This document shows positions 18,955 to 28,928 of a stretch of 48,991 nt of DNA, in pieces. The notes beneath the pieces are model-generated. The model searched no databases. It saw nothing but the letters and a program-made list of their open reading frames with translations, and was not told the origin of the DNA. Made by a program: the position numbers and the translations under genes. This DNA is from Bacteroidota bacterium (GTDB taxonomy: Bacteria > Bacteroidota > Bacteroidia > Bacteroidales > VadinHA17), in assembly GCA_037446375.1 (NCBI GenBank), contig JBBIIS010000005.1, positions 1 through 48,991 on the forward strand, read 5' to 3'. Position 1 is the first letter of the stretch. Every line of letters starts with the position of its first letter.

Positions 18955-20232
18955 CTATTTTCTTTTCCTGGTCCTTCTCTTATTGTTGAGGTCTTCAACC
19001 ACATCATCAACTACGACCATTCCCTCAAGATGATTTCTATGGTCAACTACCGGGACAGCAAGCAGATTATATTTTGAAACTATTTCAGCTATATCATCAA
19101 TATCCTGCTCGTCATAAAGAAAGACTGGTTCGTTTTTCATTATTTTTTCAAGCGTGGTACCGGGGCTTGAAATTACAAGGTCCCTCAGTGTAAAAGAACC
19201 AATCAGCTCCTCGTCAGAATCCGTCACAAATAGATTGTAAAGTTCGGCCTGTTCAGGCTTTTTATCCCTCAGTTCGCGGAGTATATCGTCGACAGTCCTT
19301 GATGGATGATATGACAGATAATCTGTTGTCATAAGACTTCCTACCATATCATCTTCATACTCCAGAAGTTCCCGTACCTCCTTGGATGACTCGGCCTCCA
19401 TCTCCTTCAAAAGCATCTCAGCCTTATCGTCTTCGAGTTCATCAAGAATATCTGCGACCTCATCGGCAGGCATCTTTTCAAGCACATCGGCTGCCTTCTC
19501 TACCGGAAGGTTTTCCACAATATGCACCTGGGCATGCGATTCAAGTTCCTCAAGAACGTCAGCAGCTTTCTCCTCATCGAGAGATGAGAAAATTGACATA
19601 CTTGATTTTTTTCCAAGATCCTCCAGTATGTCTGCAATGTCTGAAGGATGAAGTGTATGAAGCTTTGAATAGCTTTTTGAAAGCTTTATATTAAAATTAG
19701 AAAAATCGATCGCCTGAACATCTTCCCATAAAATAAACTTTGCCGGGATGGTGGCATTCAGGAGGCCAAGAAGCCTTTTCATTATTATTGACACCCCCAA
19801 CCTTCTGAGCAATCCTTCGATCCCGATGTCAACCGCAAGCGGGAAAGTTCCCTGGGATAGCATTACAAGCCTCACATCATTTACACGAACGAGCTTACGA
19901 CCGTTCATGTCAACTATCTGCTTATCCAGCATATTTTCGACAAGAAGCAATCCATTTAGCACGTCCTCTTCGGGGAGAGCTGCAAGTTCCTTGCATGTCA
20001 CTCCAAGCCTTTCCCTCTCCTTCAGAACCGTGAAATGCTGAAAAGAATAGAAGCCCGTCTCTTTACCGGTCTTCAGCTTAACACCGGTAACTACCTGGCG
20101 ACCTGAATCATTTGTACTACCGGGAATGGAATTGATAAGAATATCTTTTATGATACCAACAGCATCACCGTCAATATCAAATGCTTCTTTACCAATAATT
20201 CCGCTCAGGTAAAAAGTTGTATAAGCAGTCAT
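18955..20232 (-). CDS. Soluble PRC-barrel-like + MgtE N-terminal domain + CBS-pair protein, with no membrane domain
   Basis: Acidic helical MgtE_N-like repeats (DIADILEDL, AADVLEELE, AADVLEKMPADEVADILDELEDD), followed by a CBS pair (VGSLMTTD...; LLAVPVVDHRNHLEGMVVVDDV). No hydrophobic segments. ATG preceded by AAAGGAGG. Confidence 0.75.
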   Translation of the reverse strand: MTAYTTFYLSGIIGKEAFDIDGDAVGIIKDILINSIPGSTNDSGRQVVTGVKLKTGKETGFYSFQHFTVLKERERLGVTCKELAALPEEDVLNGLLLVENMLDKQIVDMNGRKLVRVNDVRLVMLSQGTFPLAVDIGIEGLLRRLGVSIIMKRLLGLLNATIPAKFILWEDVQAIDFSNFNIKLSKSYSKLHTLHPSDIADILEDLGKKSSMSIFSSLDEEKAADVLEELESHAQVHIVENLPVEKAADVLEKMPADEVADILDELEDDKAEMLLKEMEAESSKEVRELLEYEDDMVGSLMTTDYLSYHPSRTVDDILRELRDKKPEQAELYNLFVTDSDEELIGSFTLRDLVISSPGTTLEKIMKNEPVFLYDEQDIDDIAEIVSKYNLLAVPVVDHRNHLEGMVVVDDVVEDLNNKRRTRKRK

Positions 20233-20237
20233 TTAAA

Positions 20238-20264
20238 CCTCCTTTCTTTCGATACGGAAGGAGG
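20238..20264 (-). promoter_or_regulatory. SD-sequestering hairpin in the leader of the MgtE_N/CBS-NRAMP operon
   Basis: Minus-strand RNA CCUCCUU-(13 nt)-AAGGAGG forms a perfect 7-bp stem. The 3' arm is the Shine-Dalgarno sequence, 5 nt before the ATG at 20232. Confidence 0.5.
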
Positions 20265-20361
20265 CGCGTTTATGGTACGGGCAACCCTTCAGTATCTGGG
20301 TTAAAATAAAATATTCGCAGGGCCGTCGTCCATCTGTACTGTTAATTCTTGATTTGCGTGC

Positions 20362-20369
20362 CAAAAATA
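20362..20369 (-). promoter_or_regulatory. Candidate -7 box (TATTTTTG) for the MgtE_N/CBS-NRAMP operon
   Basis: RC of caaaaata is TATTTTTG. It implies a leader of about 120 nt. Confidence 0.3.
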
Positions 20370-20595
20370 AGTTTCGATTCTTTACTTTCCAAAAAAGCCG
20401 GAGATTTTTTTGAAACTAAGTTGAATTATTTTTTACCACCAGTCGCTTCCCTGATATTGAGTGGTTTGTTCCATGCTATTTTAGCGTATGAGCCAGGCAG
20501 CGGGAAATGCACCCACGCCGAAGTACCGGTACGTCCCTCCTTTGGTTAAGTAGAGGAAAGTCATAAGCCCTCTGTATTCTGAAAAGAGAATCAGT

Positions 20596-21345
20596 CTAGA
20601 TCAAAAATGGAATTACCGCCTTTCTCTTCTTCGGATAATCAGGGAAGGTCTTCCTGTACCACTGATGAGATGCACATGCCCTCGGAAAGAGGTTTGCAAA
20701 TGTGAACACAGCAAATGCAAGACCTGGCAGTGAGTACGTTATAAGTGCCCATCCCGACCATTCAACGATCTCTCCGAAATAGTGAGGGTTTGAAATATAC
20801 TTAAAGAGCCAGCCTACCGGAATCACATATTCATCAGGATTGCTGTTTCTCAATTTTCGCAGCTTTTCATCTGCAGTTTTGTTAATTATAAAACCGGCAA
20901 TGAAGAGCAGGAATCCGGCGAGGAACTGCCATCTCATAATCCATGAGAATGAATAGACAACATAGCTGAACAGACCGTAGCCATTTATAAAGCCGTTAAA
21001 GCAGTTGAATATGAATGCCATTGAAACAATCAGTATTGGATACGGCTTATTATGGCCCGATTGCATGAATGAGTATATGAATGTCCTGTGAATGTAATGA
21101 GCCATCCACAGGCTGATGAAAATTATCTGCGGAAGCTCTTTCTGAGGAGCCGTAAGAAAAAAGTATAACATTATCACCGGAGAGGGGAGCTCCATTATCA
21201 TCCAGGCCCATTTTGTTTTGACAGCGGGGCCCCAGCCCTTTCTGAGAAATTTCCCGTAGGGCGCTGAAACGAAGAACAGAAGTATAAAAATAAGGATGGC
21301 AAAACTAAGAATGAGTATCAGAGAAGCTTTATAGAGACCCGTCAT
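20596..21345 (-). CDS. Steroid 5-alpha-reductase (SRD5A/TECR) family membrane reductase
   Basis: The C-terminal region (IPVGWLFKYISNPHYFGEIVEWSGWAL...FTFANL...HQWYRKTFPDYPKKRKAVIPFLI) closely parallels the SRD5A C-terminal domain, including the IIPFLF-type end. Confidence 0.85.
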   Translation of the reverse strand: MTGLYKASLILILSFAILIFILLFFVSAPYGKFLRKGWGPAVKTKWAWMIMELPSPVIMLYFFLTAPQKELPQIIFISLWMAHYIHRTFIYSFMQSGHNKPYPILIVSMAFIFNCFNGFINGYGLFSYVVYSFSWIMRWQFLAGFLLFIAGFIINKTADEKLRKLRNSNPDEYVIPVGWLFKYISNPHYFGEIVEWSGWALITYSLPGLAFAVFTFANLFPRACASHQWYRKTFPDYPKKRKAVIPFLI

Positions 21346-21501
21346 TATTGAGATTTATTTATATTTTTTTACAAAAAACTATCTTTTTTGAGAGTGTTTC
21401 CTCGGTTATCAAAAATAGGCAAATAAGCGTATTCAGCTACTTTTTAATTGAAAATTACCTTCTAATTTATGCCTGATAACATTCTATTCTGCATTTTTAC
21501 A

Positions 21502-21509
21502 TATATTTG
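21502..21509 (+). promoter_or_regulatory. Candidate -7 box (TATATTTG) upstream of the alpha-oxoamine synthase gene
   Basis: Exact TAnnTTTG match 25 nt upstream of the GTG start at 21534. Confidence 0.35.
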
Positions 21510-21518
21510 CACGTTTAA

Positions 21519-22718
<1,200 letters not shown>

Positions 22719-22722
22719 TAAT

Positions 22723-23532
22723 ATGAAGAAAGTAATACTTATCACCGGTGTTTCAACAGGATTCGGCAAAGAGACAGCTTCACTTCTTGCTGAAAGAGGT
22801 CATTCTGTCTATGGTACAATAAGAAATCCCATCGAAACCGATCCAAAGGTTAATATCCTTAAAATGGATCTTACAAATGAGGAATCAATAAAAGCAGCGG
22901 TCGAAACTATAATAAGCAAAGAGGGCCGCATAGACGTCCTGATAAATAATGCCGGCATGCATATCGGCGGACCAGCTGAGAATTCTCCGATGGATCACGT
23001 AAAACTTATAATGGATACTAATTTCCTCGGACTCGTCAGAGTTACAAGATCAGTCCTTCCCTATATGAGAAAAGAACAATCCGGAACAATAATCAATTTC
23101 AGTTCCATAGGAGGATTGATGGGACTTCCGTTCCAGCCATATTATTCTGCAGCAAAATTTGCAATAGAAGGTTTTTCGGAAGCACTAAGGATAGAGCTTT
23201 TGCAGTTCAATATCAAAGTTGTGGTGATAAATCCAGGCGATTTCAATACAAACAACACAAACAACAGGAGGAGGTTCCTTGCTCCGACTAATGAGAATGA
23301 TCCATACTACAAAAACTTCCAGAGCGCCCTTGCAAGTATGGAAAAGGATGAAACGAACGGATGGAAGCCCGTCGTCCTCGCAAGAAAACTTGTAAAGATC
23401 GCAGAGTGCAAAAATCCTTCAGGCAGATATAAGATCGGATCATTCATTCAAAGGATCTCAGTAACTGTCAAAGGACTTGTCTCTGCAAAAACATGGGCAA
23501 ATATCCTCGCAATGTTTTACAACATTAAGTAA
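22723..23532 (+). CDS. Short-chain dehydrogenase/reductase (classical SDR)
   Basis: TGVSTGFG cofactor motif, NNAG, and the catalytic YSAAK. The ATG at 22723 (MKKVILITG) is preferred over the longer track ORF that overlaps the upstream gene. Confidence 0.85.
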   Translation: MKKVILITGVSTGFGKETASLLAERGHSVYGTIRNPIETDPKVNILKMDLTNEESIKAAVETIISKEGRIDVLINNAGMHIGGPAENSPMDHVKLIMDTNFLGLVRVTRSVLPYMRKEQSGTIINFSSIGGLMGLPFQPYYSAAKFAIEGFSEALRIELLQFNIKVVVINPGDFNTNNTNNRRRFLAPTNENDPYYKNFQSALASMEKDETNGWKPVVLARKLVKIAECKNPSGRYKIGSFIQRISVTVKGLVSAKTWANILAMFYNIK

Positions 23533-23629
23533 CATTCCAGGTAGTTATTAAGCATTTTTTTTATTTGGTACGGATTGTTTAACTTTCAGTCCGGTTATAT
23601 TCCATTTGCCATACTTAAAACTTCGATTT

Positions 23630-25156
23630 ATGAAACTTCTTACAACAATTGCTTTTGCCATGATACTCAGTTCAGCAGCTGCACAGGTAAACGAAACAGG
23701 ACTCTTCGGGAATAATTCTGATATAGGGAAACCATTGATCTCAGGTTCAGGATCATATAGCCCCACCGACCAGTCCTACGATCTTAAGGGATCGGGCTAT
23801 AATATCTGGTTCGGGAGGGATGAATTCCGTTTTCTCTTCAACAGGATAAAGGGTGATTTCATCCTCACAGCCAACTTTGAATTCGTGGGAGAGGGAAAGA
23901 ATCCTCACAGGAAGATCGGATGGATGATAAGGACATCCGATGAGGATAATTCGCAGCATATCTCGGCGGTTCTACATGGCGACGGACTGACTGTACTCCA
24001 GTGGAGAGAGCTTAAAGGAGCCTTCATGAGAGATCCGGAGGATGAGATCCGCGCAACAAAGTCAAAATATTCAATTATCCAGCTCGAAAGAGCCGGCAGG
24101 ACAATAACGATGAGGGCTGCTCATCCCGGCGAGCCCCTTCAGCTTATCGGCTCAAAGGAGATGCAGACACTGCCCGACGAGGTTCTTGCGGGACTATTTA
24201 TCTGTTCGCACGATACAGCTTCGACCGAAGAGGCAAAAGTGTGGAATGTACGCATCGATCAGCCCGTTGGTGAAAACTATAACCCGGGCAGGAACGGATA
24301 CCTCGGTTGCAGGCTTGAGACGATGAATGTCTTTGATTGCAAAAGGAAGATCATTTATGAGAAGCCCGACAGGTTCGAAGCACCGAACTGGATGCCCGAT
24401 GGTAAAAAAATTCTCTTTAACATGGAAGGTTCTATTTACAAGATACCTGTTGATGGCGGCTCCCTCGAAAAGCTCAACACTGGGTTCGCCGATAAAAACA
24501 ACAACGACCATAGTATCTCATTCGACGGTAAGCTTCTCGCAATAAGCAATCATCGCGACGGAATGCCTGGCGGAGGATCAACTGTTTATTATCTTCCTCT
24601 CGAAGGAGGCACACCGAAACTCATTTCCGAAAAGACACCTTCATATCTTCATGGCTGGAATCCGAATAATAAGGAGGTCGTCTATGTAGCGATGCGCGAC
24701 GGAAGTACTGTATTTAATATCTATAAAAACTCACTGGATGGGGGGAAAGAGGTTCAGCTTACAACAACTGCAAAAGGCGAGCATGTTGACGGCTGTGAAT
24801 ATTCTCCTGACGGAAAATATATTTACTACAACGGAAGCGCTTCCGGAACAATGCAGCTTTGGCGCATGAAACCGGATGGCTCAGGAAAGGAACAGATCAC
24901 CTTCGATGAATACAACAACTGGTTCCCCCATGTATCACCCGACGGAAAATGGATAGCCTTTCTTTCATTCCCTCCCGATATTGAAGTCAATGGTCACCCG
25001 GCCTATAAAAGGTGCATGCTGAGACTAATGCCTGTAAACGGCGGAGGAACAAGGGTCATAGCATATCTTTATGGCGGGCAGGGTACAATAAATACACCCT
25101 CGTGGTCACCCGACAGCAAGAGTATTTCCTTTGTATCAAATTCAGGCGGGAAGTAA
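23630..25156 (+). CDS. Secreted two-domain protein: N-terminal beta-sandwich-like domain of unclear family plus a TolB-type (PD40) beta-propeller
   Basis: Signal MKLLTTIAFAMILSSAAAQ from the ATG at 23630. Repeated PD40-like blocks: WMPDGKK, SFDGKLLA, YSPDGKYIYY, VSPDGKWIAF, WSPDSKSISF. Confidence 0.7.
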   Translation: MKLLTTIAFAMILSSAAAQVNETGLFGNNSDIGKPLISGSGSYSPTDQSYDLKGSGYNIWFGRDEFRFLFNRIKGDFILTANFEFVGEGKNPHRKIGWMIRTSDEDNSQHISAVLHGDGLTVLQWRELKGAFMRDPEDEIRATKSKYSIIQLERAGRTITMRAAHPGEPLQLIGSKEMQTLPDEVLAGLFICSHDTASTEEAKVWNVRIDQPVGENYNPGRNGYLGCRLETMNVFDCKRKIIYEKPDRFEAPNWMPDGKKILFNMEGSIYKIPVDGGSLEKLNTGFADKNNNDHSISFDGKLLAISNHRDGMPGGGSTVYYLPLEGGTPKLISEKTPSYLHGWNPNNKEVVYVAMRDGSTVFNIYKNSLDGGKEVQLTTTAKGEHVDGCEYSPDGKYIYYNGSASGTMQLWRMKPDGSGKEQITFDEYNNWFPHVSPDGKWIAFLSFPPDIEVNGHPAYKRCMLRLMPVNGGGTRVIAYLYGGQGTINTPSWSPDSKSISFVSNSGGK

Positions 25157-25185
25157 ATATATCCACCTTCAGATCATTTTATAGC

Positions 25186-27726
25186 TTAAAGCTTCTCCAT
25201 TCCCGTAATCTTAAATGCTTTTACAGGGATTGTACCGAAAATTGTATTGAGGAAGGGCTTGCCATCTTTCAATCCTGCATTTCCAAATCCGGTTTCGGTT
25301 GAAATAAAGCTATTAAAATCGCCGACTTCAGATTCAATGAAAAGCTCCTGGGTAACGGCATCATACCTTACGCCGGTAAGGCCCTGAAGAAGAGCATAGC
25401 TCGACATAGCCCTGGCATACCAGTGACCGCATTCATATTCATCGAACGGATTCCTAACCCTGCCATCATACCTTTCGCGGCAGGCTCGTACTATATCAAG
25501 TCCTTTCCTGACTTCTCCGTTCATCATTAAATGCGACGCAACCTGATACTCGAACCCTGTCCATACCTCATTGCTGTAAGGAAATGGAAGTGATAGAGCA
25601 CCGCCTTTTGGCCATGTGCATAAAATGAGTCCTCCCTCCTTTCCAAGAGCGTAAGCCGGCCTTTGAGGATTTGAATGATTGCTCAGGTCTGTGCTGAAAT
25701 TGTATTTATAAACTGCGTTTAGATGATCTTTAACCTTCTCAGGATCAACAATATTTCCGATTCCACAAACTGCTGCTATCCATGTGCCCAGTACGCCATC
25801 TGAGAGACAGCCTGTTCCGTACTGATATTTTGGTCCTTCCCGTAGGAGCCGGCTCTTCTCCTCCGGCGGAGTATTATTTTTCGGGTCATTCATTGCTATC
25901 TCCGGATCAGCAGCATTCAGCCCTTTCCACACCACTTTCTGGAAGAAATACTCCCCGTTGAAAAGCTGTGATTCCATTGCGGTCTTTCCCTTCTCATAGA
26001 GGGCCTCGTATTTTTTTACGTCCTCTCCAAGATAACCACCCATCATTGTCATTGATTTCAATGCACCCAGATAAAAGCTTGTACACATCCCGTCTGGTCC
26101 CCAAAACTCAATATCATAAGTATTATGATGCGGTTCCTCAAGTGTTCCGGTTGACCTTGGATCCCATGTACTTATGCAGTAATCAATGCTTTTTACCATT
26201 TCCGGGTACATTTTTTTCAGCCATTCCGTATTTCCGCTTATTCTCCAGTCGCGGAACATTTTCATTATGCCACCCAGCTGGCCGTCAGAAGCAGCGTAGA
26301 AGTTATTCGCAACGGGCCTCACTGGCAGCGCAGATCTGAATGTCTGGTGACCGCCTGGATCCTGGCTTGGGCCGAATTCAGTTTCGCGCAATGAACGTTC
26401 AAGAACAGGGAACAGATGGGAAATTGCCTGGGCATAGTTCCATACATGGGTGCAGGATCCGGCACAGCAGCCCCAGTTATCGCCGCATCCTTCCCAGCTC
26501 CAGAGCTTTCCGTCTGGCTGCCTCATAACTGTCGGAGACTTCAGTATAGTAAGATTCGCGGCTACTGCCTCAATCACCTCTGGAGGAAGTGATATCGAGT
26601 AAAATGAATCTCTGAAGAGACCTGATTTCCGCTTAAGATCATCATAGTTTGTTGTCCAGTAGTCTGAGACCTCGTCTATCCCTGAGAATTTCCCTGAATA
26701 CCATGGCTTGTAAAAAGGAAGCTTGCATGAACAACCCGGATCATTGCAATCCTCTTTAGTTCTGCTCTTGTCATCTTCACCATATTTCAGATCGCTGTCA
26801 GGCACGTACCATGTCATCATCAGCCTGACAATCCTGGTCTCGCCCGGAGCAAGTGTAAAGGGAACAAATATTGTCGCTCCCGGTGCATTTTCATCTACAG
26901 GAGGGTTATTCCGCGCCTCAGAATTCATGATGTTTTTCCAGGCCATTGTGAGGGGATCCCACCAGCCGCCCCTGAACCAGCAGTAATCGATCGTTGCAGC
27001 AGGCTCGCTGGTGAAAATTGCAAAATAGCCTTTCGATTCAGGCTTGCCCTTTATGCCATCTTCTGAAAGTACGAAGCCGTTAGAAATGGCTTTTATCGAA
27101 TTCCTGCCTCCCTGCTGTGACATAAAATTTCTGGAGCTGTACGAAAAGACCGCTTCTATCTTTGAGGAGCTGGTGTTTTTGAATGTGTATTCAATTGCCC
27201 CTGCCGGCAGACTTGAATTATCCTGGTCGGTGGGAATGAACGGACTCCACCCTGTCAGGCTTACAGTCATTGGAATATCGCCATCCTTAAGATCGACGGT
27301 AGCGAATGGAAATCTTGCAAGGAACCTGGCCTCCTCAAAGCGAGGCAGACCATAAGTCGTCCCTTCCGATCCGTTGCCCGAGCCGGGCTGTCCGAATTTT
27401 TTCCAATCGGGAACAGGGCCCTCAAGCACTTTTGTTCCATTTTCCAGACCCTTTACGGATATTGCCGCAAACATACACGGCTCATTATACATTTCCGGGT
27501 GATTCCGTACGGACATATGAGAGATAGCGCCTGTACCTTCCAGGCAAAACATCCCGGCCCCGATTCCCCCTATGGGGAAAGCTATTCTGTCGAGATATTT
27601 TCCTTCATAATAACTGTTAAACAAATGGCTGCCTTCATCACTTTTATTGCCTGCCCGTGAGCAGTAGATTAAACAAGAGAGAGGTATTAAAACAGCTATT
27701 GCAAAATTTTTCGTACTCATTTCCAT
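25186..27726 (-). CDS. GH116 family glycosidase (GBA2-type beta-glucosidase/glucosylceramidase fold)
   Basis: N-terminal block FPIGGIGAGMFCLEGTGAISHMSVRN is typical of the GH116 N-domain. A large (alpha/alpha)6-like C-terminal domain follows. 846 aa; alternative start at 27720. Confidence 0.75.
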   Translation of the reverse strand: MEMSTKNFAIAVLIPLSCLIYCSRAGNKSDEGSHLFNSYYEGKYLDRIAFPIGGIGAGMFCLEGTGAISHMSVRNHPEMYNEPCMFAAISVKGLENGTKVLEGPVPDWKKFGQPGSGNGSEGTTYGLPRFEEARFLARFPFATVDLKDGDIPMTVSLTGWSPFIPTDQDNSSLPAGAIEYTFKNTSSSKIEAVFSYSSRNFMSQQGGRNSIKAISNGFVLSEDGIKGKPESKGYFAIFTSEPAATIDYCWFRGGWWDPLTMAWKNIMNSEARNNPPVDENAPGATIFVPFTLAPGETRIVRLMMTWYVPDSDLKYGEDDKSRTKEDCNDPGCSCKLPFYKPWYSGKFSGIDEVSDYWTTNYDDLKRKSGLFRDSFYSISLPPEVIEAVAANLTILKSPTVMRQPDGKLWSWEGCGDNWGCCAGSCTHVWNYAQAISHLFPVLERSLRETEFGPSQDPGGHQTFRSALPVRPVANNFYAASDGQLGGIMKMFRDWRISGNTEWLKKMYPEMVKSIDYCISTWDPRSTGTLEEPHHNTYDIEFWGPDGMCTSFYLGALKSMTMMGGYLGEDVKKYEALYEKGKTAMESQLFNGEYFFQKVVWKGLNAADPEIAMNDPKNNTPPEEKSRLLREGPKYQYGTGCLSDGVLGTWIAAVCGIGNIVDPEKVKDHLNAVYKYNFSTDLSNHSNPQRPAYALGKEGGLILCTWPKGGALSLPFPYSNEVWTGFEYQVASHLMMNGEVRKGLDIVRACRERYDGRVRNPFDEYECGHWYARAMSSYALLQGLTGVRYDAVTQELFIESEVGDFNSFISTETGFGNAGLKDGKPFLNTIFGTIPVKAFKITGMEKL

Positions 27727-27740
27727 CTTAATTTGTCTGA

Positions 27741-28928
27741 TCAGTTTATCTCAAGGCCCTGCCATCCCGGAAGCTTTGGAAACTTAACATGAGGCTCAGT
27801 CTGGTACCAGAAACATACTGAAGCCATGTCGGATTTCTGTGCAAGGTATCGTCCTCCCTTGTGCCATCCCAGATCCTGGATCGTAATCTTCATATCTTTG
27901 TCAAACCTTATCGGATCCATAATATGCCAGCGGAAAAGTCCGAAGCGCTGCATGATATCATAATGACCATCGCCTTTTATGACCTGGTGGAGCCCGGAGT
28001 AAGGAGTACAGAATTCGGTATAGTCAGATTCATCAACCCCTGCTGCATTCTTCCTGTTTGTGTCAAAATCATATGAACCGCAGAAATAATCTTCAGTGCC
28101 GGTACCACATATCGTCGGGAACTGGGTATCTCCATCCATGTAAAATTTTATCTCTCCTTCGCCCCACCATCCGTTGTTTTGAACACCAACTGCAAGGTAA
28201 ACTCCGACATACTGACCCTTTCCCCTTATACCGTCGGCGATGGTATAAACAGATGTTTCATCGGGGTTTGATCTCCTGAACTGGGCATGGAAATATCCTG
28301 CATCCTCCGGCACTTCTGTCAGTGTATAATCTACCTGATAATAAAGCGACATAGTTTCACTGTCATCAATATTCTCCATCGTTATCCTGCATTTCTTTCT
28401 GAATGGCATCGACCAGTAGCAATTGAATGCACTGCCCGGATTAACGCAGACAGCGAGCGATGAGAGCGGCGAATATTTTCCCCAGCCCATCCCGAAGAAA
28501 TCACCAACCGGGCATTCGACTGAAGGTTCAGTTTCATCATCCCAGTAAAACCTTAAGATTGAATAGCGCCAGTTCCCGGTGGGCGTCATCCAGATATGCT
28601 GTATTGCTCCAGGTCCAGTTATTTCAGCCATTGTGAAAGTTTCACCAGGCTTAATGCGGACGAAAGGGTTTATCTTCCAGCCAAGGCCGAGGTCACGGGC
28701 AGCGCCTGATGCATTTGCAACATTCCGCTTATCGCGGTTAGCCGGATCAGCTATGCCGGCTTTACCTTTTTCACCGGTGAAATTTTCAGGGCTTATCGAA
28801 CGGGTTTTGGCATCTGATAGTCGTGACAGGTTTCCCATGTTCATATCCAGGCCGTTGAATTTCGCCTGGGAGAATGCCATGAATGGCAGCAACATTAAAA
28901 TCATTGAGAATAGGAATGTCTTTTTCAT
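27741..28928 (-). CDS. DUF2961 / GH172 family protein, secreted
   Basis: ITGPGAIQHIWMT block and WWGEGEIKFYMDGD block are characteristic of DUF2961. Signal peptide MKKTFLFSMILMLLPFMAFSQA. Confidence 0.75.
   Translation of the reverse strand: MKKTFLFSMILMLLPFMAFSQAKFNGLDMNMGNLSRLSDAKTRSISPENFTGEKGKAGIADPANRDKRNVANASGAARDLGLGWKINPFVRIKPGETFTMAEITGPGAIQHIWMTPTGNWRYSILRFYWDDETEPSVECPVGDFFGMGWGKYSPLSSLAVCVNPGSAFNCYWSMPFRKKCRITMENIDDSETMSLYYQVDYTLTEVPEDAGYFHAQFRRSNPDETSVYTIADGIRGKGQYVGVYLAVGVQNNGWWGEGEIKFYMDGDTQFPTICGTGTEDYFCGSYDFDTNRKNAAGVDESDYTEFCTPYSGLHQVIKGDGHYDIMQRFGLFRWHIMDPIRFDKDMKITIQDLGWHKGGRYLAQKSDMASVCFWYQTEPHVKFPKLPGWQGLEIN

Noticed and set aside
20440-20545. Possible TPP or cobalamin riboswitch (strings like GCCAGGCAGCGGGAA and CCCTGATAT)
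   Set aside because: Only loose resemblance to fragments of the TPP (CUGAGA...ACCUGAUCUGGAUAAUGCCAGCGUAGGGAA) and B12-box consensus, with wrong spacing. No plus-strand gene lies downstream to regulate. It is kept only as an unexplained GC island.
20349-20549. 66-aa plus-strand ORF in the SRD5A/cation-operon spacer
   Set aside because: It has a TTG start, no ribosome-binding or promoter signal, and no recognisable motif. It spans both the AT-rich promoter region and the GC island, so it is probably a chance frame.
20553-20562. GAGGAAAGTC, resembling the universally conserved GAGGAAAGUCC block of RNase P RNA
   Set aside because: The match breaks at the next base (A instead of C). A ~350-400-nt RNase P RNA starting here on the plus strand would run deep into the SRD5A-like coding region. 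No other conserved RNase P blocks were seen nearby.
23245-23275. Low-complexity AACAACACAAACAACAGGAGGAGG run
   Set aside because: It is in frame within the SDR gene (NTNNTNNRRR), which makes it a simple coding low-complexity segment. It is not a repeat array or CRISPR.
27563-27585. TTCCCCCTATGGGGAAAG inside the GH116 gene, resembling module C of the intergenic repeats (TTTCCCCTATGGGGAGGG at 1919-1936)
   Set aside because: This stretch encodes the conserved FPIGGIGAG motif of GH116 on the minus strand. The match is about 12 nt and lacks the flanking module sequence, so it is most likely coincidence.
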